A DNA stretch of 64,000 nucleotides from Mytilus edulis. Lineage: Eukaryota. This document shows positions 37,416 through 49,830 of this stretch, piece after piece (the stretch's first letter is position 1; each line of letters starts with the position of its first letter). The position numbers were made by a program, and so were the translations under genes. Under the pieces are notes generated by a model. It had not been told where the DNA came from, did not search any database, and saw nothing but the letters and a program-made list of their open reading frames with translations. The DNA is taken from the NCBI RefSeq assembly GCF_963676685.1, contig NC_092353.1, positions 7,068,001 to 7,132,000 of the forward strand, written 5' to 3'.

Positions 37416-38294
37416 GTAAGATGCCATGTATTAAATAATGAGTTAAATGTTATTAATATTTTTTAATTGTACTTACATTGATCAACATAGTGGGAGCTAC
37501 ATAAAGGCAACAGTAGTATACCGCTGTTCGAAACTCATAAATCGATAGAAAAAAACCAAATGAGGGTTTCAAACTAAAACTGATGGAGAATGACGACACA
37601 ACATTAAAATGTAACACACACAGAAACGAACTAAGCATTAGACAAAATCCGATGAGAATAACAAATATAACATCAAAACTAAATACATGAATTTGGGATA
37701 GAAGAGTATCGTGACACGTCTTATAGTAATGTGAATTCACAACAGAGGAAACAAACGACACAACAGAAACACAACGTTAAAATGTAACGCACACAGAAAC
37801 GAACTATAATATAACAATGGCGATATTCCTGACTTGGTACAGGCCATTTTTTTAAAATGTGGAATGAATTTGCTTATCCTTTCAGATCACATCAGATCAC
37901 CCCACGTTTTGGTGTTTTTCTTTTTCTATGTTGTGTTTTGTGTAATGCTGGGATTTGTTTTTCTTTCTTTTTTTTAATAGCATCGTAATGTTTTTTTTAT
38001 GAGTTATGAATATCTCTTTAGTGTACTTCGCTTCTTTTATTTAAGAACTCGACATGTCAAAACAAAATATTAATATCTGACAGGTTTATTACACTTGTAT
38101 TGAGGGATAATATTCTTTGAATTTTACATGTTTGAGTATTGGTGGTAAACCATGGACACATAATCTGTATTTAATAATATTTTTCGTTGAACAATAAGAA
38201 TATTTCATATATTCAGCACGACAGATATAAAACTTTACATTAATGTTTTTGGGAAATAGCTTTCAACATAAATAAAACATTGTTTTATTCACAG

Positions 38295-38462
38295 CTGATC
38301 ACTCCTCTTGCATGACGAGCAGTGAATTATCAACTTTATTAACGGAAGTTAAAGATGCATATGATAGTGGTGTTAGGTCAGTTATCGGAAACACTAGTGC
38401 TGCCACCCAGTGGGATTTCGGGAATTCAATTTTCTTTGTGGTAACAGCGATAACTACGATTG
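38295..38462 (+). CDS. K2P copy B exon 2
   Basis: WDFGNSIFFVVTAITTIG; 168 nt AG/GT. Confidence 0.92.
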
Positions 38463-39580
38463 GTATGCACATGTATCTCCTTCTGTCTTTGTATCAAATA
38501 ACTAGAAATAGTTATATATTTTATGTACCATGAATTCTTGATAGACGTTCTTTTAGCATATTTGGTGTAATAAGTGGATTGGAAACAAGATAAAATAATA
38601 GAGTTGCCTATAACAGATTGTCTTATGTGTTGCAAATATGTGATCATTATCATAAGCCTGAAGATTCACACTCAAAAGTGCTGCCTATTCATGAAGACAA
38701 TTATACATTGTTTGATAACAGTGTATAATATCTTAATCGGTTATTTTAAGAATAAGTTTGAAGATAGACTAGTTAAGAATGGTGATTTCTATTATATGTC
38801 TGCATAAATCTTCATTAAGATGGCTGTGCTTCTTAATTACAATCCATAGAATTTTAATAATTTATCCAGCTGTTTTCGAAAATACATTAAAAAGGTATGG
38901 ATCTACGGACTCTTTGCAAGCTACAGGTTAACACTTTCTATTGTAAATTAAATTACTTATCTGAGTTATTTCTCTCATTTGGCAAAGTTGGAAAAAAATA
39001 TCAAACAAGAATTCAGTTTTTTATCGAAAAAAAAGCCGTTATTATAACTAAACACATAATTTACTTTGTTTACATTAGGGGTGTAACATATGAATTACAT
39101 ACTACTCTCGAAATGTACTTGCACATTTTATTAATGATTTAGACCACTCGTTGTCTGCCACTTCAAAATCCAAGATTGAGGAAGACACCCGAGCTACCTT
39201 AGGGAAGTTCTAAAGGGTTATTATAAAATTAATATAACTTAATAATCTCGTAAAATGAAGCGTATAAACTTTCATATCACAGAGTAAACTAAAATTTGGG
39301 AATTTCTTTAAAATATCTTTGAAGTGTGTTAGGAAGTTTTCTCAAAGTAAGATGGTGCGATGTTTGAAAACATACCGTGTAATTGTAGACCAAACAGAAA
39401 GTCCGACGTCTTGTACAGCCAGTACCAACTAGTATTTTAAAGGACAACAAGACACGTACCGTAAAGTCAAATTAAAAATGTCCTAACATGAAATAAGTGT
39501 AAAATACTCAAACATAAATTTGTTTATGATTTTTAAATGCTGTAACTGTAAGGCTTAAATAACATGTCTTTTATTTCAAG

Positions 39581-39919
39581 GGTATGGAAATCAAACTCCT
39601 GCAACAAAAGGTGGACAAGCTTTCATTGTAATTTTTGCTTTGATCGGAATTCCAGTTACAGGGTTGATCATTACAGGCCTTGCAGAAAAAATAAAGAAAC
39701 TCAATAGTTATTTTACAAATAAGAAAATACCATGCCTGAATAAATATACCAAAACGGAAAAAGGTTTCAAATATTTTTTGTTATATTTTACAACAATTTG
39801 TTTGCTCATTTTGATACCATCAGCTATAATATCCGCAATAGAAGACTGGGCGTACGGAGAGGCCATTTATTATACTGTGATTACCTTCACAACCATTGGA
39901 TTCGGAGATTTCGTTGTTG
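39581..39919 (+). CDS. K2P copy B exon 3
   Basis: GYGNQTP...TTIGFGD; 339 nt AG/GT. Confidence 0.93.
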
Positions 39920-40531
39920 GTAAATATACATTTTGTATTAGTTACTTTTTAAAATATCAATTTGTTTGAAGATTTCAACCGTGTGTAATCGTATAACACA
40001 AATATTATTGATTGTAAAATTTAGTTTGCCAACAAATGTAGTATGGGCCAAACAATGAGAAGTATATTTCATTTCAAAAGGAGATATAGATACTTTCTTT
40101 TAATTTATTAGTTATTTATGCTTATTCACAAATACTTGTGGGCAATTAATAAATTTTTTGAGAGTTGTCTCATTGGCAATCATACCACATCTTTTTTATA
40201 TTTTAATTACTGTTTGAAAAAAAAATGTTTGCATTGTTTCTTTTTGGACCATTGCGTGAAGTGTTGTGTTGATATTTTGTTAGTCTTAAGTGACCAGTAA
40301 ATACATAGGTTTATATTTCAAACAATATTGTGTGACATTTGTGTCTCATTGACAAATTGTGTCCGAAAACGTCACGCCCCCAATTAAAAGATCACAAATC
40401 CATCAATTTTAAGTCATTGACGATTAAAGAACACGTATCTTTATGTTTTCTTACAAGTAGAGTTTGAATGGATCCAATAGATGTATATGCTTCTCGTAAG
40501 ATGACTACTTATAATGAATATTCTTTTCTAG

Positions 40532-40677
40532 GGACTACAACTGAAGGTGGTACAAAAATTGTTTACAAACTTTTAGTTATTATTTGGATATTTACCGGTC
40601 TTGCATGGGTTGGTGCTCTTATCGGTGAATGTACAGAAACAGCTAAGGCTTTCACTGAGAAAAAAGAAAAGAAGCAG
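40532..40677 (+). CDS. K2P copy B exon 4 (M4)
   Basis: YKLLVIIWIFTGLAW; 146 nt AG/GT. Confidence 0.9.
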
Positions 40678-41359
40678 GTATAGCAATTTTATTTTAAGTC
40701 ATATAAAACATTAAAATAAAAGAAATATTGAATATGTTTCTATACTCGAAAGACTAAGTTTTACTTGAAAACAAGTGCACGTGACAATTCTTGTTCAAAT
40801 CTTTGGTATTATCAAAATCTCCATTAATGTACTGCTATTGAATTATTTGCTTCCCATACACTAGATTGCCGATAACTTTTCTTAATCTTCTCGTTAGAAC
40901 ATCAGCCAACACACGGCGCAAGTGCGAGAGGAAACCCATGATGACAGAATGTAAATAAAAGTGCACTGGTATTTAAATAGACAATTTTAAATTAACAAAA
41001 AGGAACGCATGGAAAATATAAAACAAATATAGCTATTTTAATTTTGTTTTTTTGCCACGTTCTTCACGTGTGCTTTTGTTTATCAATTTCACGATCCAGT
41101 TAACCTTGGCAACAAAATTTAACGTTAATAAACTTGCAATCAACAATCACTGAATAAATTTTTTTTTCGTCGATAATACGTTATAGATTCGTAATAAATA
41201 CATACAGGCAAGAAGGATTTGTTTAGTATGTATATGCATGCAAAGTTCAATAACTTTGATAACAATAAATGCACTCTTTCAAATATTTTCATATTTTAAA
41301 TGCAATATATGCTAAACATTTTACAATTGTCTGTTCAAACTGACACTTGTTTTTTTTAG

Positions 41360-41410
41360 GTGAAAATTAGAAGTGACGTGGATAATACATATGAAGATGT
41401 TAATACAAAG
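41360..41410 (+). CDS. K2P copy B exon 5 (GC donor)
   Basis: 51 nt, homologous to copy A exon 5, followed by GCAAAG instead of GT. Confidence 0.6.
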
Positions 41411-42357
41411 GCAAAGAGCCTCAAAACAAAACAAAAAAACTGTCCGAGATGAACCAATCGTGACAAAAGATACATAAGTCCTAAAAGCTGACCACTAACA
41501 TATTTAGGATCTAAACCTTTTTTTTCTCTTAGACAGAAACTAAGACGGAACTCACGGACTACAGACCATGATTCAATGTCGTTCCTCTCATACGCACAAT
41601 TTCAATCGGATTTGTTTTCAATAAATATAATTCCAACCAAAAAACGTTTTCAAATAGTAAAAAGCATGAAATTCTCCAACTGGTCCCTATAGGACATATT
41701 ATCTTGTTTTGGAGCTGACAATTTACATTTTTCTCCTGACTTGAATGCGTTCAGCATATGACCACCCATTGCCTGTTAACACAACATAAACAAATTTAGA
41801 TGTTTAACTATTCCACAGTCCGACAAACCACACCAACTATTTCGCTTTACCAGTCGAAAGGCGGGAATTAAGTCAGGGAATTAAAAAAAAAAAAAAAAAT
41901 ACTAAAAAGAAAAGCAGACACTTTATAATACTTCAAAATAGAATTACGCATGGGAAACTAAACTTGAAAAATGCAGCCTCACATATCATTGTTAGAAATA
42001 TCATAAATTGCCAAATTGCAACGTTTTGAATATTTATTAATTGGTGATTTCTTTAAGTTCAATGACAATTATTTCATGCATTACCGCACAAACGTGTCTG
42101 TGCATTTAAACTCCCTGCACATACAAACAGGCGTTTTAAGCAAGAATGCTACTGCTTTGTTAATGATTTGTATTTAATTTGAATTTTGTACTAATTTAGA
42201 CAATAAATATAATTATTGAACTACACAACTGATAATTATGTGTGGTCGGTAAAGGTTTTTCGCTTATAATTTTAAATAAAAGTGGGATGTTTACTAAAAC
42301 GCGTTTATTTATTAATATCGATTCCGCTCCGTCAATGTTAATATTTTATATTTTCAG

Positions 42358-42396
42358 ACTGACATTGCGACTGGTGATCTTGCAAAAGTGGCGTAG
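42358..42396 (+). CDS. K2P copy B terminal exon (TDIATGDLAKVA*)
   Basis: ttttcag acceptor; conserved with copy A. Confidence 0.75.
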   Translation, partial: TDIATGDLAKVA

Positions 42397-43026
42397 ATTT
42401 TCATATGAAATCTGTGATTCGTGACACTAATTATGTCTAGGCCTCTAAATCTTGACAATGTTTAAAATGGATCACAACGTCTTTTAGAATGAATGACATT
42501 AAGATTTTCGGTTGGTCCAAAAATATATAATGATATAGATACTCTTTCAACGCATGTGAATCGTTGAAAGCCTTTTTAAGGATACTTTGTATGAAGAAAC
42601 ATGAATCATCATTTGAATTCGCGGCAACATTAGATTACATATATTCCCATAAAGACATACAGAAGTTTTATATCAAGGAGAATGCCTAGAACTGAAATAA
42701 TCATATGAAGTCAAAAAGAAGGGAGACCGGGAGTGTTGACGGATTGAGAGTCCACTGCTACACACGCACCACCAACTGTGCAAATTCCCACAGAAAAATT
42801 GTTTACGATCAATGACAATATACATTTATGCAATGCATCTTTAAATCATGAAAATTGTAGTTAATGCTGTATGTGCATATGAGGTCGTTGGATTGACAAA
42901 GGGAACCACCTGTACTACATGTACTCTGCTTGATAGCAGTTCAGAAATATATAGGCCAACAGATGTATATAATATAATAGTATTGTTAACGGATACGTTT
43001 GTCATGTTTTACAATACAAAATATTT

Positions 43027-43105
43027 CTGTTGAGTCTTTTGTAGAAAAAACGCGCGTCTGGCGTATATACAAAATTTAGTCCTGGTATCTATGATGAGTT
43101 TATTT
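43027..43105 (+). ncRNA. degenerate hammerhead/retrozyme 3' fragment
   Basis: ctgttga-gtct tttgt agaa-aaaa-cgcgcg-tc-tggcgt; core mutated. Confidence 0.55.
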
Positions 43106-44797
43106 ACGGGTACACGTTAATGACATTAATCATGAAACACATTCATATCAAGAAAAAATAAACTAAGATATCGTCAGGACCCGAAGTGCACCAAATAAGC
43201 ACTGACTTATGTCGACGTTGTATGAACAATGATCAGCAACAAAACCAATTTACCGTCTATAGATTCTTTAAAGTGCACTTATTACAATACAAACGGAAAT
43301 AAGACTTACAATATATATATATATATTATCATTCGTCTTGTCATACATTACAATATATATATTATCAATGTATAAATCACAGATTTCAATAAATCTTTCA
43401 TAGCGAGTGTTTTTTACCACACCATCCTTTTGAAAAGATACTCGAACCGTAAATTTTTCTACAAATCGTATTTCTACTATCAAAGAATAAAACACCTCAT
43501 TCCAAAACCAAATACAGCCATGGCGTTGTCAGTTTGTTTTAGATTTATGAGTTTGACTGTCCCTTTGGTATCTTTCGTCCCTCTTTTACAGGATTCATAC
43601 AAATAATGATATGAATCGTGTATGCCCATATATGAGAATGTTTACAAGTAGAAATTTATAAATGCAATATAATAGAAACTACTAGTGGAAAATAAACATG
43701 ACATTTGACAACACATATTCTTTATAAATGCAAAGTTTTTGTGCTGATTTTATAAATGTACCATTATAATTTCATTCTCCCATAATATGACACACAACAT
43801 CTAGTTTGTATGCAGATGAATTTCTCAAATAATAATTTGTAATATAGATTTTATCAACTTGCATTGGCATTTAAGTTCACACTTGTCGTATGTTGTTATT
43901 CTGTTGTTGTAATACACTATAATTATATTATTTGTTAATGTATTTCTGGTCTGAGTGTTTTTGCGTTTATGTGTACTGCATTTATGTCACGTATTGTTGC
44001 CATTTAAGTGGTATTTGTAACATTGAAATATCAGCTGAAGGTTTGGTTAACCATAAAACTAGTTTTAACCTACCTTTTGTTATCTTAAAATGCCCTGTAC
44101 CAAGTTAGGAATATGACAGTATTTATTAAAGTCCGTTTCTATGTATGTTGGCGTTTGTTTTTCAATCAATTCAGTATTTGTGTTGTTCCGTCGTGAAATT
44201 GTTTTACTGAACAACGGTATACTACTATTGCCATCTCCTAGTTAAACAATTTTATTTATTGACTTTGAAGATTCGCGTCTTTCACTTTAACTGGTTTCGC
44301 AACCGTTCCCGCAAAACCCATCACAACAGCTAAATAACCATTCATTGGGTTGTTGAGCAGTATATAAACGGCAGTTTGTGAAACAATTATTTTCAAATGA
44401 CTGTCATAGAAACAGTTTATTTTGAAATATATATATTCTCTAGTATTTCTACTATATCTTGTATGAAGTTGTCAGGTCATGTTGAATTACCATTACATTC
44501 ATATCCGAATTATCCATCTTTGCAATTTTCGTTATTATAACCAACAACTTGTTATATGAAATAGGAGACCCTTTCGTCGGGTTGTCGTCTCTTTGACACT
44601 ATCCCCTTTCCATTCTCAATGATCTATAAAATGTTTTTTAATAGATCAAATACCATAAGTGTCCCATGTGTTCTAGTTTCTGGATAATGTTATCTTGTTC
44701 ATTTAACAATAAAATGATCATATCTGTAATATTCTTTGAGTTTGTTATTTACCTTGTTTTGAAAAATCATATACTAAGTCTTATTTGTTTTAATTAT

Positions 44798-45017
44798 GAA
44801 TTTTTCGAAATATTAAGGTTTTTCATATCCCAGGCATAGATTACCGTAGCAGCACTTTGCGCGCAACTTTTTGGAATATTGGATCCTCAATGCTCTTAAA
44901 CTTTATACTTGTATGGCTTTCTTTCTTATTGGATCGGAGTATTACTGATGAGTCTTATGCAGACGAAACGCTCGTCTGACGTATCAGATGATACGTCTGT
45001 TACCTTTGATAACTATT
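44798..45017 (+). mobile_element. partial retrozyme monomer with hammerhead core (44939-44982)
   Basis: CTGATGA-gtct tatgc agac-GAAA-c gctc g-TC-tgacgt; core intact, stem I weakened; flanks homologous to the 10-kb monomer. Confidence 0.7.
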
Positions 45018-45195
45018 GCAAAAAAAGAAGAGTCTATACAACACCAAATCTGCGCTGTAGTTAATTTGACCTAAGCGAGTTTTAATTTATTTGTACTTTA
45101 TGTAGTTATAAGCAGTATAAGACACAATTAACTATAAATATATATATATATTTCTATTGTTTTGATTGCTTTGCTTGGTGTAGTCATCTAACGGT

Positions 45196-45241
45196 TCAGT
45201 ATTGTATATTCTTCATACTGAAGGCATTGTCCTTATTACTC
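45196..45241 (-). CDS. multi-EGF receptor copy 1, cytoplasmic terminal exon (RSNKDNAFSMKNIQY*)
   Basis: tttcag acceptor, phase 2 fits; homologous exon at 57599-57656. Confidence 0.75.
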
Positions 45242-46553
45242 CTGAAACGAAATATATAGTATCTAGTAATAGCGCTATACTATACTAATAATATATTTGG
45301 CATATGAATAAAGTAAAATCACAACAAACTGAACTGTGAGAAAAATCAAAAAACGGGAAATCACTAATTAAATGGCAAAATCAAAAGCTCAAACATATCG
45401 AACGAATGGATAACAACTGTAATATGCCTGACTTGGTACCTGCATTTTCGTATGTACAAAACGTTGGACTAAACCTGGTTTTGTAGCTAGCTATAAGTTG
45501 TATAAGGTACTATCTAGAACTTTTTACTTGTAAGGTAAAAGAAACAATCTTATTAAAAATAAAATGATGAAACTACATGAGAAAAATTCGCAAAGCAATA
45601 TTAGGCACTCAAATGTCTTGATGAAGGGTTGATGAACGTATTATGAAAACGTCAAATGCACAAGAAGACAAAGTGCTGTTTGGCTCATAAAGCTTGCTCA
45701 TATTAATTTAAGATGGAGATAAAACTGGACCGCATGTCGTCATAATACATGAATTAAGTTTCCAAATAAAGGTAACAGTATGCGACCGCGGTTCAATACT
45801 CATAAATTAATTAAACGCGCACAAACCAAAACAGAGCGAACCACAACTACTATAAGGGGAAAAAAGGATCAACAGGAAGACTGAACTCCAACAAAAAAGA
45901 ACGCCAACATACATATAAACGGACTATTTGATACAAATAAAATAATCTTGAATTGGTACAGGAAATTTTAAGACAAAAATGATTGGTTGAACCTGTTTTT
46001 ATAGATAGCAAAACAATTATAACGACTTATCTCAGATAATACTGACTTATTTAGCCAGTCCTCAATTTGTCCTTGCGTGATATGGACGTTTATATTCTCT
46101 TCCAAGCCTCTTAGACACAGACCGTTTAGTTTTAGGTCGGAATAATGGGTCGCACTTGTCTGTATTTTAGCTTAATAGTTTCATTACGTGTTTAGTTTTA
46201 ACTGATATATTTATTAGTTGCATCTTTTCCCTGTGTTTTGTATGTTCATACTCGAATATTGTGTTATCCTTAGCAATGTTAGATTTTTTTCGAATCAATC
46301 CCTTTGTTATCTTCCACTTACCTTATCATATTCTATGAGTTAGAACATATCTGTTATTATTTATTCAAGAGTGAAAACAAATGTCAAAAATGTAATGTGT
46401 CAGTCAAAACCTTTCATAAAATATGAAAATATGTTTGAATATATATTTGTTTACTTTTAGTATATAAAATATACCTATTCAAAACATGCTTGAAAATTGT
46501 TATCATAATGTCAAATTTTGAATTCTTGAATATATCATAGTCTCATACTTTAC

Positions 46554-46671
46554 CTTCGTCTATATATAAAATATGCCAACACGACTATTAAAATCACAGT
46601 AACCACACATCCAATAGATATTCCTGTCACAGAACCACTAGACAATCCGGTCTGCTTAGCAGGTTGTTTTA
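46554..46671 (-). CDS. multi-EGF receptor copy 1, transmembrane exon
   Basis: GISIGCVVTVILIVVLAYFIYRR; 118 nt; paralogous exon at 58522-58639. Confidence 0.85.
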
Positions 46672-46906
46672 CTACAGTGATCAAAAGAAAGGATAAAGTA
46701 TTTATATAATAAAATGTAGATAATGTTTCTACCAAAAAAAAAAAGAACCAAAGTGGGTAATTTTTCTTTAAAAGCTTGAAATGCTATTGAAATATTTACA
46801 TGTAGCACACTACATTCCACAATAACGAGCTAATTTTATTAATGCAAATATGGTTTTTCCTTCATTCAGCTTTGGAGTTTGTAAAAAATAGAATTCACAT
46901 CTTTTC

Positions 46907-48206
46907 AACTAGAGGCTCTAAAGAGCCTGTGTCGCTCACCTTGGTCTTGTGCATATTAAATGATGGACACGGATAAATTCATGACATAATTGTGTTTTGG
47001 TGATAGTGATGTGTTTGTAGATCTTACTTTACTGAACATTATTGTTGCTACAATTATCTCTGTCTATAATGAACTTGGCCCAGTAATTACAGTGGAAAAT
47101 ATTTTCTACAAATTTACAAAAATTTATGAAAAATGTTAAAAATTAACTATAAAGGGCAATAACTCCTTAAGGGATCAATTGACTATTTTGGTCATGTAAA
47201 CCTATTTGTAGATCTTATTTTGCTGAACGTTATTGCTGTATACAGTTTATCTCTATCTATAATAATATTCAAGATAATAACAAAAAACGGCAAAATTTCC
47301 TTAAAATTACCAATTCAGGACAGTAACCTAACAACAGGTTGTCCGATCCATGTGAAAACATCAGGGCAGATAGATCTTGACCTGATAAACAATTAAACCC
47401 TGTCAGATTTTCTCTTAATGCTTCGGTTTTTGAGTTATAAGCCAAAAACTGCATTTTACCCCTATGTTCTATTATTAGCCGTGGCAGCCATTTTGGTTGA
47501 TTGGCCAGGTCACGCCACACATTTTTTAAACAAATTACCCCAATGATGATTATGGCAAAGTTTAGTTTAATTTGGCCCAGTAGTTTCAGAGAAGAAGATT
47601 TTTGTAAAAGATTACTAAGATTTACGAAAAAAATGGTTAAAAATTGACTATAAAGGGCAATAACTCCTTCAGGGATCAACTGACCATTTTGGTCATGCTG
47701 ACTTATTTGTAAATCTTACTTTGCTGAACATTATTGCTGTTTACAGATAATAACCAAAAACAGCAAAATTTCCTTAAAATTACCAATTCAGGGGCAGCAA
47801 CCCAACAACAGGTTGTCCGATTCATCTGAAAATTTCAGGACAGATAGATCTTGACCTGATAAACACTTTTACCGCATTTCAGATTTGCTCTAAATGCTTT
47901 GGTTTTTGAGTTATAAGCCAAAAACTGCATTTTACCCCTATGTTCTATTTTTAGCCATGGCGGCCATCTTGGTTGGTTGGCTGGGTCACGCCACACATTT
48001 TTTAAACTAGATATTCCAATGATGATTGTGGCCAAGTTTGGTTTAATTTGGCCCAGTAGTTTCAGAGAAGAAGATTTTTGTAAAAGTAAACGACGACGGA
48101 CGACGACGGACGACGACGGACGACAACGGACGACGACGACGACGGACGCCGGACGCCAAGTGATGGGAAAAGCTCACTTGGCCCTTCGGGCCAGCTGAGC
48201 TAAAAA
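46907..48206. mobile_element. HINE/Helentron-like element with internal tandem duplication and (GAC)n microsatellite
   Basis: Left aggctctaaagagcct hairpin and gctcacc; right agctcacttggcccttcgggccagctgagct hairpin; duplicated ~500-bp internal units. Confidence 0.7.
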
Positions 48207-48518
48207 GGTACGGCCAAATAAAAGTATGTGTAAAGTGTACAGGTTATGATAATATCTGTATTAAGATGCCTCAGTGTCAGAAAGCAATCACGTGAATATA
48301 GTAAGTTTTGATTTTCTTTTGCAGCGACTATCCTGTTTTGAACATATACAGTGGAAGTCTATTTTGGGCTCTACCTATCACTTGGTGTCTGTTATTGAGT
48401 AATTGAATTATGTTCTCCTACAATGTTTAACTATGTCACTTTTATATGAACCATACATACATGTTTTGCATACATGGACATTGAAACTAAATGTTTGAGT
48501 ACAAAGTACTATATTTAC

Positions 48519-49205
48519 CTTCACAGAATGTACCTTTCCATTCCGGTTTACATCCCTGTGAACACATACCGTTACCTTTACATTTCCCTTTTAGGCACGA
48601 TTCACTACATTTTTGAAAACATTGTTTTCCATAATAACCATTTAAACAGTTTATACAGTGTCCGTCTGATGAATTACACGACGTCAATGTGTTATCCGCT
48701 AAAGCACATTTTCCACAAGATTTATTACAAAATTGTCCAAATTGACCAGTAGCGCAAGGTTCGATACAGGTACCACTATATTTTTCACATATATATCCAT
48801 TCGAGGAACTATTTTTACAGTGTTTACTACACGTTTGGTTGCAATTAAAACCAAATCTTGAAGGCGGACAAACAGAATTCGTAAAATTCATTGTGCAGTG
48901 ACTGTTATTACATGGAGGTGATATATGAAGGCATCGGCCAGTCACTGAATGGCATATCAAACAATTTTCCGGACAATATACAGCGCAGTTTCTTCCGTAT
49001 TTCCCAGGCGTACAACCCGACATACAAACACCTTTTAGGTCGCACTTTCCACCCAGACATTGGCTGCATGATTTATTACAGTATCGCCCAAAGTTTCCAT
49101 CCATACACCCGGACGTGCACCCTCCTTGTCTATCACATTTCCCATCTATGCAATTGTTACACAATCGAGAGCATCGTGGACCAAAGTGACCATCCATGCA
49201 ACCAT
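48519..49205 (-). CDS. multi-EGF receptor copy 1, second EGF exon (687 nt)
   Basis: Same EGF-like modules; AG/GT phase 1-1. Confidence 0.9.
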
Positions 49206-49830
49206 CTAAAGAGAAAAAAGAAGCAGTAACTAATTAAAGTATGATACGGCATGTCAAAAGTAGAATTATTTGATAGTTTCTTTTATTTAAATGCCCAGTA
49301 AATGATGATATAAATTAATGTAAGATAAACCGTTAAAGACCGACTTAATTTCACAAAAAATTCCGTGTAAGTACTTGAATTTGTGTACTCAATTATACAT
49401 CGCATGTGCGAGTATCGTATTTGCACAAGCACATTTTTTTTGTGAATAAAAAAAAGAAAACATCCTTTTGTTTGTCCGATTTTTATTAATTTGAATAATA
49501 TTATAAATGATGCCACAACCGATATAAATTATACAGCATATGATATTAAGTTGTATGCAAGTTATAAGTAAAAAATCCTGTCAAATGGTCATACAAAAAT
49601 TATAAAGCTAATTCATTTGTCATCATTGTGTTTTCGAAAAAAAGCGGAATTATACAGATTATCTTTTGATTACATTGTTGCTATTAACTTTACATTTGTT
49701 TAATCAACAATCAAATGTTGACTTTAATTTTTTTTTAGTTAATCCTCAAGGGTATACTTTCCAATGTATTCATGAAACTCTAAATACCAATGATAATTAA
49801 GCACATTACTATGGACTATAATATATATAC

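Noticed and set aside
41533-41571. Possible alternative terminal exon of K2P copy B (TETKTELTDYRP*)
   Set aside because: Acceptor-like site present, but the homologous position in copy A shows no convincing coding conservation
45196-45198. TGA as selenocysteine
   Set aside because: The paralogue has Gly, not Cys, at this position and no SECIS-like hairpin was seen downstream
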